DNA of 64,000 nt from Meyerozyma guilliermondii (taxonomy: Eukaryota): NCBI GenBank assembly GCA_051546255.1, contig CP128816.1, positions 1,178,001 to 1,242,000 on the forward strand, given 5' to 3'. The notes beneath the pieces were generated by a model that was not told where the DNA came from, ran no database searches, and saw only the letters and a program-made list of their open reading frames with translations. Shown here piece after piece: positions 41,469 through 52,303 of this stretch. Position numbers and translations under genes: made by a program. Numbering within the stretch: the stretch's first letter is position 1; every line of letters begins with the position of its first letter.

Positions 41469-41969
41469 TTAATCTACATTGGGTATATCGTCCCACCCGT
41501 TTGGTGCCACCACATATGGTAACGAAGATCCAAGGGTTCCGAAATGCACAGCATGGTTGGGTAACCCAAGCATGGCTTGATATTGTTTCATGACAAATGT
41601 TGGTGATACGTTCTTCATACCAGTAGACGAGTTTGAGGCGCCAGCACCCTCATCATTCTCGGATTTCGGCCCTGGGTGTCGGCCACCTTCATAAGTGGTT
41701 TCGTATCGGCGTATCAGGGACCTACTATTTATCTCTTTTGTCACCTGTTTCCATTTATATTTCTCTCCATTGACAAGAAATTCCCTTAACAACCGAATAT
41801 CGTCGTCGGAAAACTTGCTATTATAACTAAGATTAGGGGCTTCAGTGGGAATTGTCAGTGGAAATCCCAGTATGGTTGGAGTATCAGTAGGATCTTCAGA
41901 GTTATTAGTTTTATTCCAATTTTTGTACATATCCAGCGTTGTTGTCACTTTAGTCTCGACATACAACAT
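41469..41969 (-). CDS. Hypothetical protein with a Myb/SANT-like segment
   Basis: FSDDDIRLLREF...KYKWKQVTKEI pattern; 166-aa ATG ORF. Confidence 0.55.
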   Translation of the reverse strand: MLYVETKVTTTLDMYKNWNKTNNSEDPTDTPTILGFPLTIPTEAPNLSYNSKFSDDDIRLLREFLVNGEKYKWKQVTKEINSRSLIRRYETTYEGGRHPGPKSENDEGAGASNSSTGMKNVSPTFVMKQYQAMLGLPNHAVHFGTLGSSLPYVVAPNGWDDIPNVD

Positions 41970-42694
41970 TCCCAGTTCTTTGTTATGTATTCGCTGTTCC
42001 GGTTTATTGTCACAAATATGATTTTTGCTGATTCCAGATGACCCGCCTCAAGCCGCTGTGCGGGACAAACGCACGAAATGCCTGCAGGATGCGTCGTACT
42101 TTGACAATTCACCATCGACCCGAAACCCTAAAAATTTTAAGGTTTAAAGTCATGTTTTCCCCGGTACCTCATCACCTCGAGTTTAACGGGTTCAATATAT
42201 TACTTATAGTTTTTTAAATGGCTCTTTTGTTAACAAAACTATATTACTGGCCGCTCGTATTTTTTAAGCGCTCTCCAAGATTCATGCAGGGTCTCGTATA
42301 TGCAGTTGCGAGGTTAAAATTACTTATTGTTATTATATATGTCTTCACACGGCTGGTTTAGCCGAATTATTTAACAATATAAAGACAACGTATTTTATAG
42401 TGCTCACGTACAGCGAAAACCATATGTACAGCGGCTAAAATTAAAGCAACTGAAACAGAAAAACATTATTTTTTTGCATTTGTTGTCTCTGTTACCCCTT
42501 TGTGTTGACCCTGGCTCCATTGCAATTGGAAAGCAATTGAAATGAATTGGAAATGTTTTGAGCGATGTGGAATCAACCGTGGTTGAAATTTGTCGTTATT
42601 ATTTAAAATAATCACAGCCACCAATGTTTTCCTGCACCACCAACCACCGCAATTTTATCCTGCACCCCACAAAGTTAACTTGCTAACCTTAACC

Positions 42695-43147
42695 ATGTCA
42701 CAATTTTACGCAAAAAGAACGTTTTTCAGCTGGTTTGCCGGCCGCAAGGCCATCTATCCACCCTCACCATCACAAATATCAACTTCAAACCGTCTTTTTC
42801 CAACTTATATTACCAGAACGGGCGAACTCCATGACCACCTTCTTGCCAAAGAACCACTTTTGGTCAATTTCACCATCATGGCAGACCCACAATGTAACAA
42901 ACTCACCCAATCGCTCTTCGACGTACTCAGTAGTAGCAAACTTTATCCCAATGACTTTGCCGTCAACTTGATCAACGTATCGGCTGACGACCTCGAGGCT
43001 CGTGACATGATGCTTACCTATGGTATCAGCCACCTTCCGCTGGTTGTATGTTTGAAAAAGCAGTTATTACATAGCAAGTACGTTCCAAGTGATCTCAATC
43101 GACCACTAAACCAAGAGGTTATTGATTGGTTAAGTACACTCAAATAG
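42695..43147 (+). CDS. Thioredoxin-fold protein, probably mitochondrial
   Basis: Presequence-like start; PLLVNFT..ADPQC, YGISHLP pattern; no CxxC. Confidence 0.6.
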   Translation: MSQFYAKRTFFSWFAGRKAIYPPSPSQISTSNRLFPTYITRTGELHDHLLAKEPLLVNFTIMADPQCNKLTQSLFDVLSSSKLYPNDFAVNLINVSADDLEARDMMLTYGISHLPLVVCLKKQLLHSKYVPSDLNRPLNQEVIDWLSTLK

Positions 43148-43193
43148 GTATATACAGGTAATGTCTAATGGCACCAAGTCAAATAATTTGGTT

Positions 43194-43759
43194 CTAATTG
43201 TCCCAGCCATCCTTCCACCGTTGCTTCCACAAATTGCAGTCAAATTCAGGCTTTCCTAGCTTCTTGTTCACATCATTGTGTGCACGACAAAGCCATTTTC
43301 CGAACGAGTCCAGGTCGGTGACTTCTGGTTTGTTCTTCTCGACATATTTGTTAAAGTCCTCGGCACAAAACCAGCATGGGTAGAATTTTCCAAACAACGT
43401 GACAAACTGTTTCATGTCGTTTTGAGTGGTATCATCAGGTTTGTCTGGATAAGAAGCGGCAATTGAATGAAGTAAAGTCCATGAAGATCTTCCAAGTTGT
43501 TCTACATCTGGAGGATCCACTCGTTGCAGCTTAGTTTCTGGTTCTGGTTCTGGTTGTGGTTGTGGTTGTGATTTTGCCGGCTTTCCCATCACAGATTGGA
43601 AGTCTAAAAGTGTATTACAGGTGCGACATCTAGGTTAGTGGCAATAGCTATATCTATTTTTTCAATTACTTACGGCTTGCCATCTTTATCATAGACGATA
43701 CGCCGCCCAGAAGCACCGAAAACTGGTTTGTCGCTGGTGGTCTCAGCTTCGTTTGTCAT
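43194..43759 (-). CDS. ERV1: FAD-linked sulfhydryl oxidase; exons 43674-43759 and 43194-43629, 44-nt intron
   Basis: GTAAGT...CACTAAC-CTAG intron 43630-43673; splicing restores YDKDGKPCRTCNTL; CWFC and LGRSSWTLLH motifs. Confidence 0.95.
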
Positions 43760-43829
43760 GGGCTGACAAATTAAGTTCGCATTGCAAAAACGTCAAACCA
43801 ATGGTATATGCGCGGTGCACCGGATGCAT

Positions 43830-44462
43830 CTACGAGAAGAACTGAGTTCTTTGACGAATCACTTCATCACACAATTCGCCAATTTCTGCCGTCACAATGC
43901 CGTCACGAGACTTGTAGAACTCGCTGAGGTCGTATTTGGCACCATACTCTTGCTCGTAGTCCCATGCTTGTTGGATCATTTCATACTTATCGATATCCTT
44001 CACATACCGGGCTTCTATGCATCGAATCTCTTCATAATCCATCCAAAGCTCGACCATTTCCTTGGCAAACTGCTCATTATACGGCGTGATAATGGAGGCC
44101 AAATATTGGATGGTGGCGAGTTCACGACGATGTTTTTCCTGTTTGGGCACCCCACCAAATGGAGTAATATCTCCCACCAATGATTCGGCAATGTCATGAA
44201 TAAGGGCTATTTTGACACATTTGTCCAAATTGATGTCCCTATTAGGCACCATCATGGCAATAATTGACATACGATACATGTGATCACTGATGGTTTCCGC
44301 TTTGGGTTCGGGAATATTACGATCTACCCAACCAGTACGTTTTTGGGTTTTTAAAAGTCGAATTATTTGCACAAATGCCAATGCATAGTTAACTGGAGCA
44401 TTTTTGGGCACCAAAAGTGCCTTTATATGCTGTGGCACAACATCTTCTGGTTGCCAGGACAT
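43830..44462 (-). CDS. HD-domain 5'-deoxynucleotidase (Ygk1/YBR242W/HDDC2 family)
   Basis: LKTQKRTGW, ISDHMYRM, HDIAESLVGDITP, VKDIDKYEM. Confidence 0.92.
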   Translation of the reverse strand: MSWQPEDVVPQHIKALLVPKNAPVNYALAFVQIIRLLKTQKRTGWVDRNIPEPKAETISDHMYRMSIIAMMVPNRDINLDKCVKIALIHDIAESLVGDITPFGGVPKQEKHRRELATIQYLASIITPYNEQFAKEMVELWMDYEEIRCIEARYVKDIDKYEMIQQAWDYEQEYGAKYDLSEFYKSRDGIVTAEIGELCDEVIRQRTQFFS

Positions 44463-44653
44463 GTAAACAAGAAGAGATTAAGTAATGCGATGTGAAAAAT
44501 TGGTAAGCTCGACACGAAGGAAACAAAAATCAAACTGAAACCATATATATATTTTGGTTCTACCAACCATTTTGTCGGTTTTCACTCGTCTTCCACTTCT
44601 TCCATTCTCTTTCTACATTCTACATCCATTTTTTCACTCGTTTATTATTACAC

Positions 44654-45103
44654 CTAGGCAACCAACTCAACGACTCCGCCAACGGCTCTGATCTTTTCTT
44701 CGGCCAATTTGGACACAAATCTAGCCTTAACAATGACTGGAACTTGTGGCAATCTACCCTTACCCAAGACCTTTCCGTAACCGTGGGCCAAGGTGTCAAT
44801 GACTGGGGCAGCAGATGAAGAAGCAGACTTCAAGTATTCGTCCTTCTTCTCAGCATCAACCAAACTCCACAATTTGTCCAAGTTAATCTCGGGTCTCCAG
44901 AAGTGGACTTTTTGTCTGTGAAAATATCTCATTCCGACCTTACCAAAGTAACCAGGGTGGTACTTGTCCAAGTTGGTTCTGTGGTGGTGTTGACCACCGG
45001 CCATACCACGACCACCGGGATGCTTTCTGTGCTTTCCGATTCTACCGTAACCGGCAGAAACGTGTCCTCTGTGCTTTCTGGTCTTGGTCAATCTAGTTGG
45101 CAT
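44654..45103 (-). CDS. RPL28: 60S ribosomal protein L28 (uL15), intronless
   Basis: [34 protein letters not shown]. Confidence 0.99.
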   Translation of the reverse strand: MPTRLTKTRKHRGHVSAGYGRIGKHRKHPGGRGMAGGQHHHRTNLDKYHPGYFGKVGMRYFHRQKVHFWRPEINLDKLWSLVDAEKKDEYLKSASSSAAPVIDTLAHGYGKVLGKGRLPQVPVIVKARFVSKLAEEKIRAVGGVVELVA

Positions 45104-45171
45104 TGTTAAAGACTTAAGACTTTAAAGTGAATATAAAAATCTTTTCAGAGTGCGAGCGAGCAAGACGCGCA

Positions 45172-45194
45172 CACGTGCAAGGGCTGTACCCTGG
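45172..45194. promoter_or_regulatory. Cbf1 E-box plus Tbf1-like imperfect palindrome in the RPL28 promoter
   Basis: CACGTG 45172-45177 directly followed by CAAGGG-CTGTA-CCCTGG. Confidence 0.5.
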
Positions 45195-45371
45195 GACCGG
45201 TGCCACATGCAGGCCGCGTGGTTCCTGACCACCGAGCACCAAGCAGCGAGAATAGCGAGCCGCACGGAACCGTTGCAACCAGTCATCACCAGATGTTCTA
45301 CAAGATATTCGAAAAGATTCGAAAAGGTTTAAAGATTCACTGAAGGTTTTGTTCATTTCGTTGTTCTCTTC

Positions 45372-46814
45372 CTACATTTGTCTGCCTTTCCACACCTCGT
45401 CGTAACTACTGGTTCCTTTAGTTTCAGGCACATATTTCTTCACAAACAAAAATGCCACCACACACATGAACGTAAAGATAAAGTATACTCCTCCACCGAT
45501 CCACGAACTTTTCAACAATGGGAACAAAAATCCAACCACAAAAGTAGCAAGCCAATTCATCGTCATACCCCAGCTCTGCGCCAGCGCCTTTGCTGTAGGT
45601 TGTGTCACTTCACTAACAATGAGAAATGGAATTGGTCCTAATCCAAGGGCAAAGAACGTAATGTACGCAAAAGTTCCCACGATAGACAAGACAGAATTGG
45701 TTCCAATAATACCAAAACCCATCAATACCGTCAGTACAGCCATGGCACTTACCGACGTTAACAACAACGGTTTGCGGCCCAAACGATCCACCAAAGGAGC
45801 AGCAATAAACGTCACCACCACATTGACCACTGAAATGAGACAATTGATCATAATGGCATAATTGGGAAAGATAGATACAAGTACGGACACTCCATAGAAA
45901 ATGATGGAGTTTATACCACAAAATTGCTGAAGAACCAAGATCCCCGTACCAACAACTTTGGAATTGTTGTACTCTCTGCTGGTAAGGTAGTTTTTCAATG
46001 GAACTTGAGTCAGTGACTGTACTGAATTTTCCAGTTCTGTCAATGGTACTGCCTCGTCTTCGTCACCATTTGCACCGGGCAATCTCCAGCTCTTCACCTC
46101 ATTTCGAGCCAGTGTATAGTCGCCGCCACGAAGTTTGTGGATGATTGTGAACGCTTCGTTGGTATGACCATTATTTGCAAGCCACATGGGCGATTCGTCA
46201 ATGATCAAAAGAACAGCCACAAAATCCACTAAACCGACAACAGAGCCCATAAGTAACAACTTTCGCCATTGGTTATTGTCACACCATGCCAACGCCAACA
46301 CCTGGGTGAACAAAATGCCCAAATTGACCGATGCCTGGTTCATTGCTCCCATTGCACCTTTGTAGTTTGTTGGAGCAATTTCGTTGATAAAGATTGATGT
46401 GATGACCAATGCCGCGCCAGCACCAAGCCCAGCAATAAACCGACCCAAAACAATGGTCCAGTAGCCATTGGCGGTTCCATTCATAGTTGAGCCAATGAGA
46501 TAGAGAAGACAATGAACCAAGGATGCTCGCTTTCGACCATATTTATCGGAAACCGATCCAATATAAAGTGAACCTACCAAACCCCCAATGCCAAATATCG
46601 ATGTGACCATACCAACTTGCAGAGTTGTTAATGGAATACATCTGGAAAACCCCCTACTTCCAAACCAAGATTCTTCATATGGAATTCGACCAGGTTTTGA
46701 AACTTCGCACGAAAGAATTGACTCAGGCAGGTTCAATTCGGCCATATGGTACCCAAACTGGAACGATCCGAGACATATCACCGATATGGTGGCTACAAGC
46801 TTCGAAGTGATCAT
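45372..46814 (-). CDS. Sugar-porter MFS protein (Vps73/YBR241C family)
   Basis: LGSFQFGYHMAELN, DKYGRK, QQFCGINSIIFY, DRLGRK, PETKG. Confidence 0.88.
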   Translation of the reverse strand: MITSKLVATISVICLGSFQFGYHMAELNLPESILSCEVSKPGRIPYEESWFGSRGFSRCIPLTTLQVGMVTSIFGIGGLVGSLYIGSVSDKYGRKRASLVHCLLYLIGSTMNGTANGYWTIVLGRFIAGLGAGAALVITSIFINEIAPTNYKGAMGAMNQASVNLGILFTQVLALAWCDNNQWRKLLLMGSVVGLVDFVAVLLIIDESPMWLANNGHTNEAFTIIHKLRGGDYTLARNEVKSWRLPGANGDEDEAVPLTELENSVQSLTQVPLKNYLTSREYNNSKVVGTGILVLQQFCGINSIIFYGVSVLVSIFPNYAIMINCLISVVNVVVTFIAAPLVDRLGRKPLLLTSVSAMAVLTVLMGFGIIGTNSVLSIVGTFAYITFFALGLGPIPFLIVSEVTQPTAKALAQSWGMTMNWLATFVVGFLFPLLKSSWIGGGVYFIFTFMCVVAFLFVKKYVPETKGTSSYDEVWKGRQM

Positions 46815-46897
46815 TAGGTTGGTGATATTCTATACGCGGGGTCGCACCTATGCAGTGGGTGCAGGACATGAAGGTCTATATGGTAATTTGGGGCTGG

Positions 46898-48304
46898 TTA
46901 TATTGGCAAAAAATTGCCAATTATCATCATTGGAATGCCGAAAACGTCTCTTTTGAGGGTCCAGATGCAGCTGGTTCGAATCTTGACGTCGGGCTTGGAT
47001 GTCAAAAGCGTACACTCAGTCATGGTGGCTCCGAGAAAATCTCCAAATGCAATTTTCAGAAAGAGTTCAAAATACTCCACCACTGACTTGTCGTCCAAAA
47101 GCTCAACAATTAGTCGTTTTTTCTGGGTGATAAGTTCGGCTTTGGGCCATCCTGTCAAAACACAAAATTCGTCACCAACATAAGCTATTTCGCCGGTCCG
47201 TCTCCACACTATGGTAGGAGTTCCGCTGAGCTTGATAAAATTGTCATATGTGAGCAATGTTCTCTGGAAACACTGTTCCATAAAGATCAAGTCATCCTCT
47301 TTGAGCGCATTGGTACATGCTATGAACGACGGTCTGTACGCAGCCATCGATTCGGCCATCTTGACCAACATCTGCTTGGGGAATCGCGACCGCAAATACG
47401 CTATCAACGCATGGTATCCTGGCGTGTACGAGTATGGTTTGCGCACCTTGGCGTATATATCCTCTGGTTCAGCATAAACCAGAGCATAGTCTCCTCCGGG
47501 CAACGAAACGTGCGGGTTTCCATCTGGCATGAAGCCCATGGCATAAGACACTGTCAGCCGAGTATTTCGCTCGTGAATCACAGAAGGATGGGTATTTTTG
47601 AGTGTTTCGATCGCCATAACCACGTCGGGGTATAGCAGGATTCCAGTGGTTGTTGGTCCTAATACATATTGATTAAGAGCATTGTCACAAGCAATGTCTG
47701 TAGGAGCAGTATATGTTGTGGAGGTGCGACCGCCTGTTCCAGGGGATAAAGCAGGCGAGAGGGTGATGCTGTTGGGGGTACCTTCGTTGGAAGTGGATGG
47801 GTTGGGGAAAGGATGGACGTTTTCCAGAAGAATGTTCGACAAGGTAGAGTATTCCATATCGGCCGCCGATGAAAGAAAATTTGATTTCCGTTGTATTTGT
47901 TGCCCTGGGAGTGGGAGAAGTGTATTCATGGGATATTCTGGTTTGATTTCTGGTGACTGGTACCTTTGCTTTTGCATGGAATCTGGAGGGACATCCAAGA
48001 GATACTTTTTACGTTTTCTAGGAGCATCTTGGCATGTTGCCTGGAGTCCTTTCTGGACACATCGGGCACAAGGACGGTTTTCGTCGCAGAGTAAATGGGC
48101 TCGGTGACAATGTGTGCAAGCTCTAATGGTTTTTTTTCGTTTCTGTTTGTTAGTAAACATTAAAAAGAGCGGATTTTTTAAGAGGAAAATTATACGAAAA
48201 ACGATGAGGGAGTTCAACGCTCCATAAGCACTAACTTTGTTGAGTTTGAAGCGAAAAACCGGGGTACTTACTGGTCTCTGTCCCGCCTCGGCGGGAGCGC
48301 TCAT
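46898..48304 (-). CDS. ERT1: Zn2Cys6/PAS transcription factor; exon 1 48272-48304, intron 48143-48271, exon 2 46898-48142
   Basis: RACTHCHRAHL.CDENRPCARC cluster; PTIVWRRTGEI and RDVFGIPMMIIGNFLP PAS tail; GTAAGT...TACTAAC-AAACAG intron signals. Confidence 0.85.
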   Translation of the reverse strand: MSAPAEAGQRPVSTPVFRFKLNKVSAYGALNSLIVFRIIFLLKNPLFLMFTNKQKRKKTIRACTHCHRAHLLCDENRPCARCVQKGLQATCQDAPRKRKKYLLDVPPDSMQKQRYQSPEIKPEYPMNTLLPLPGQQIQRKSNFLSSAADMEYSTLSNILLENVHPFPNPSTSNEGTPNSITLSPALSPGTGGRTSTTYTAPTDIACDNALNQYVLGPTTTGILLYPDVVMAIETLKNTHPSVIHERNTRLTVSYAMGFMPDGNPHVSLPGGDYALVYAEPEDIYAKVRKPYSYTPGYHALIAYLRSRFPKQMLVKMAESMAAYRPSFIACTNALKEDDLIFMEQCFQRTLLTYDNFIKLSGTPTIVWRRTGEIAYVGDEFCVLTGWPKAELITQKKRLIVELLDDKSVVEYFELFLKIAFGDFLGATMTECTLLTSKPDVKIRTSCIWTLKRDVFGIPMMIIGNFLPI

Positions 48305-48718
48305 GGTGATCGATTTGATTTTTCGCGCGATAAGCTAAAGCGAGAGAGTGAGAGAGAAGTGGAGTAATGAGAGAGTGTAATTTGTGAAAAAATGAAGATT
48401 AAGGGTGATATGAGACAAATTGGTATTCTCAATCGATAATTTGGAAGAGTTTTCAATTCTTCTTTGGAAATTCATTTTGGTGTATGAAAATGATTTATAG
48501 TTTGAAAATACAGAAATTTGCAAAATATGCAACTTTTATTAATGTCAGTTTTTTCAATTCTAGGCAAATGATTTTCTTTTACTCCAATTGACTCCTTCAA
48601 TTGACTTTTTCCAGTAGACTAAAGACTTCAATGTATTCTCTCTCTTTAACCATCCACCTCTTTTCTCTCTTCCTGCACAGACCCTACATATTTTCTCGCA
48701 TCGTCGTTTGGCTTCACC

Positions 48719-49831
48719 ATGACTGATTTACAATCCTACAAACCCGTTTCACTCTCCGACATCGATTCGGCGCCTGAAACTCAGTTTCCTGAGCTCAACG
48801 ATGAACAAAAAGCATTAGCTGCTCAGTATGAGACCATTTCTGGTCGTCTTGACGAGAAGGAATCATTGACCTTGTTGAACGATGGATTACGAACCTCCAC
48901 TTTTTTGACTGGAAATCAGCCCAGCAAGGCGGATTTGGTTGTTTTCAAGGCTGTTCTCCCTGTAGCAGCGCAATGGAAAGATACTGACAAAATTGCCGCT
49001 TACAGACACATCATTAGATGGGCCGATTTGGTGCAAAACACCTTGGTTTCGGTTCCAGATGCCAACAAATTGGTAGTAGACCACAATGTGGAGCTCCCCA
49101 GAGAAGTCAAGGAGAAGAAGAAAGACAAGAAGGACGACAAAAAAGAGGACAAAAAAGATGACAAGAAGGAGGAAACCAAGGCTAAAGAAGAGAAAAAAGC
49201 CGGTGGGGAACTCACTGAAGAAGAAAAGAAAGCTCGTGCTGAAGCTGCCAAAGCTAAGAAAGCCGCCAAGGCCAAGGCCAAAGCTGAGCTCAATGCTAAA
49301 CAAGCTGCCACTCAAGCTCCTCCCAACCCAGCAATGGTGGATTTCAGAGTTGGTTTCATTCAAAAAGCCGTCAAGCATCCTGATGCCGATTCATTATACA
49401 TGTCTACCATTGAAATGGGAGACGAAGATGGTCCTCGTACTATCTGTTCTGGTTTGGTGAAGCATGTGGCTCTTGAAGACATGCAAGAAAGATACGTGGT
49501 GGTTATTGCCAACTTGAAACCGGTGACCATGAGAGGTGTCAAGTCTTGCGGAATGGTGCTTTGTGCCTCTAAAGATGGTAAAGTTGAATTTGTTAATCCT
49601 CCACCAGGATCGAAGGCGGGTGACAAGTTGTTTTTTGAGGACTTTAACGGCACTCCCGAAAAGCAATTGAATCCCAAAAAGAAGATTTGGGAAGCGGTTC
49701 AGCCCAAATTCACCACTACAGAGTCGTTTGAGATCACCTACACAGAAGAGGGTAAGGAGCCCAAAAAGTTGGTCAATGAAAAGGGTGAGCCATGTAAAAA
49801 CCTGACTTTGGTTGCCGCCAATGTCAGCTAA
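48719..49831 (+). CDS. ARC1: tRNA aminoacylation cofactor
   Basis: GST-like N-domain, K/E linker, DFRVGFIQKAVKHPDADSLY OB fold. Confidence 0.95.
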   Translation: MTDLQSYKPVSLSDIDSAPETQFPELNDEQKALAAQYETISGRLDEKESLTLLNDGLRTSTFLTGNQPSKADLVVFKAVLPVAAQWKDTDKIAAYRHIIRWADLVQNTLVSVPDANKLVVDHNVELPREVKEKKKDKKDDKKEDKKDDKKEETKAKEEKKAGGELTEEEKKARAEAAKAKKAAKAKAKAELNAKQAATQAPPNPAMVDFRVGFIQKAVKHPDADSLYMSTIEMGDEDGPRTICSGLVKHVALEDMQERYVVVIANLKPVTMRGVKSCGMVLCASKDGKVEFVNPPPGSKAGDKLFFEDFNGTPEKQLNPKKKIWEAVQPKFTTTESFEITYTEEGKEPKKLVNEKGEPCKNLTLVAANVS

Positions 49832-49959
49832 TTTATAGACCCTAGTAATACAATGTAGGTTATTGGCTCTCGCGGAGTCGCTGATTAGCATGTCGCATCG
49901 CATCGCAATTCTACACTAATTCTACACTAATACTAGCAAGTCGCATAGTTTCTATTTTC

Positions 49960-51078
49960 ATGAAGCTTGTTAAGCAATCGTTCGAGAAGGATTCGAGTGG
50001 CTTCATCACCATAGTCCCCCAGGATAAAGAAGATCTTTGGCAGATATACAATCTCATCCAAAAAAATGACGAGGTGAAACTTTCTACTCACAGAAATGTG
50101 AAAAAAGGGTCTGGCAATAAAGTGGAAAGAAAAGTAATGACGCTTCGACTTCTGGTAGAAGACATAGAGTACACTCCCTCAGATGAGGTGATGAGAATTA
50201 GGGGCAAGTCTATGGAGCCAAACGAATATGTTCCATTGCTGAGTTACCATACGGCTGAGGTTCAATTGAACAAATCTTTCACATTGTATAAACCAGAATG
50301 GGACGAGATCAGTTATGGAATCGTGGTAAAATCTTGCTCCATCGACGAAAAAGCCGAGGTTGGAGCGGTGGTTCTCGAAGAAGGAGTTGCACATCTTTGT
50401 CTTGTAGCCGATAACATGACAGTGCTTCGAAACAAAATAGAGAAACTGATTCCTCGAAAACGAAGAGGAGAAGATGGAGGAGGAAACCACGACAAGGCAT
50501 TGGACAAGTTTTTTGACATGGTTGTTAAAACAATCTTGAGGAATTTTGACCTTGATAGACTCAAGGCGGTGATCTTTGCTTCGCCTGGATTCACTGCTCA
50601 GCTCTTGTTTGACAAGCTTATGGCCACAGCGGTCCGTGAAGAGAACAAGACGGTGATCCAGAACAAGTCCAAGTTTATAATTGCACATTCCCTGACGGGA
50701 TATCTTCAAGGATTAGAGGAGGTTTTGCGAGATGGTAAAGTGCAGAGCAAATTGCTGGACACCAAGTTTGCACGAGAAGCAATGGTTTTCGAAGAGTTTC
50801 AGCGAGTACTCAACGAGGATGATGGTAGAGCATGGTATGGGCCCGAGGAGTGTGCCAAGGCGGTGGAAATGGGCGCTGTGCGTTATTTATTACTCACCGA
50901 TACATTGTTTCGAAGTGATGATATTAATACTCGAAAACATTACATCAAAATGTCCGAAGATGTCAGAGCCACCGGTGGTGAACCATTGATATTTAGCAGC
51001 TTGCACGAGCTGGGAAAGCAACTCGACATGTTGACAGGAGAGGCTGTTCTCTTGAACTATCCAGTGGACTTGGAGTAG
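49960..51078 (+). CDS. DOM34: Pelota/Dom34 ribosome rescue factor
   Basis: EDLWQIYNLI, ASPGF, RAWYG, LFRSDD, HE(S)GKQL. Confidence 0.95.
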   Translation: MKLVKQSFEKDSSGFITIVPQDKEDLWQIYNLIQKNDEVKLSTHRNVKKGSGNKVERKVMTLRLLVEDIEYTPSDEVMRIRGKSMEPNEYVPLLSYHTAEVQLNKSFTLYKPEWDEISYGIVVKSCSIDEKAEVGAVVLEEGVAHLCLVADNMTVLRNKIEKLIPRKRRGEDGGGNHDKALDKFFDMVVKTILRNFDLDRLKAVIFASPGFTAQLLFDKLMATAVREENKTVIQNKSKFIIAHSLTGYLQGLEEVLRDGKVQSKLLDTKFAREAMVFEEFQRVLNEDDGRAWYGPEECAKAVEMGAVRYLLLTDTLFRSDDINTRKHYIKMSEDVRATGGEPLIFSSLHELGKQLDMLTGEAVLLNYPVDLE

Positions 51079-51148
51079 TAGCATACGAACATTCTTATAA
51101 TTTGAATATTCATTCCCTTTCTTCTTTCTTCTTTCTTCCCTCCTTCTC

Positions 51149-51688
51149 TCATAACCTATTTACAATTTGCGGGTTAATTACACCCAATTTGTCCATATAC
51201 CAGATATGTCCTCCACGGCGCCAGATGATCAAATCCTGAGTCACACCCAAACTTAGTCCCAAAAAAGCTCCCTTCTTTAAATAATTGGCACTCTGGACCC
51301 TGGAAAGCTGGTTATACCAAGCATAAGTTCCGGCAGTGATAGCAGCAGCTGCAGTAGTACTGGCAAAGTCGATGGTTCCTCGTACATAATCTATGATAGC
51401 CTCAGTGCCAAAAAGTCCCGTCACAGCTCCAGAATACTTGGCTCCTTGTACTAGAGCAAGCTTACACCCTCCTACAATCATAACGTAGTTTTTTTTCTTG
51501 TGGTAAAAATACCATCCTCCAACGGTTCGAGGAAGACGATGACTATTTTCGATCAAGTAGCGTAACGAGCCGATCTTTATACCTTCATAGAACCCCGAGA
51601 AGGCCCCTATCAATCCACCCACACTTGCAACGGCCCCTAGACGCTGGTAAGGAAAAAGATGGAATCGTTCATTTATGGCAGGATCCAT
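51149..51688 (-). CDS. Conserved fungal Tim17/Tim22-like membrane protein
   Basis: Gly-rich TM segments; ENSHRLPRTVGGWYFYHKKKNY motif. Confidence 0.6.
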   Translation of the reverse strand: MDPAINERFHLFPYQRLGAVASVGGLIGAFSGFYEGIKIGSLRYLIENSHRLPRTVGGWYFYHKKKNYVMIVGGCKLALVQGAKYSGAVTGLFGTEAIIDYVRGTIDFASTTAAAAITAGTYAWYNQLSRVQSANYLKKGAFLGLSLGVTQDLIIWRRGGHIWYMDKLGVINPQIVNRL

Positions 51689-51745
51689 TGATGAAGAAAC
51701 AATCGAAAGCGCGAAACATTTGCCAATGAACCTAGGCCTATATAT

Positions 51746-52303
51746 TTACTGATCTAAAATACTCTTAACAAACTCCACATAGTCGACATTACCATCGGAG
51801 GTCACATTGACTCCTTTCAACAATTCGTCCACCTCTGAATCAGACAACTTTTCTCCAATCGATGTCAATATGTAACGCAATTCTCCTACACCAATGTATC
51901 CGGTTTTTTCCTTGTCAAACACCTGGAATCCCTTGATATACTCTTCAGGCAACCCCAATGGCTTGAAACCGTCGGGTCTGTTTATGATCTTCTCGTAAGT
52001 CTTGTAGTCAAAGTCATCACCAGGAAGTTCTCTTTGTAACTCAGCAACTTCAGCAAGGGTTGGGTTTTGGCCAACAGCACGCAACAAGTCACCCAAGTGC
52101 TCGGCGGGGATCTTTCCTGTACCTTTTTTGTCAAAAAGGGCAAAAGCGTCTTTATAAGTTTTGGTATTCTGAGACTAGGTTAGTCAAAATTCGGGAATAG
52201 GACTGGAAATTAAAGTTGGTGATTCCTAGCACAGATATGTACTCCTGGGCTTATTTTGGACCCACAACATGTTATGGGTGTAGTTTTCACTGATACATAC
52301 CAT
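51746..52303 (-). CDS. MLC1: Myosin light chain; exon 1 is the ATG only (52301-52303), intron 52175-52300
   Basis: ATG|GTATGT...GACTAAC-CTAG; spliced MSQNTKTYKDAFALFDKKGTG...LRAVGQNPT; EF-hands. Confidence 0.93.
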
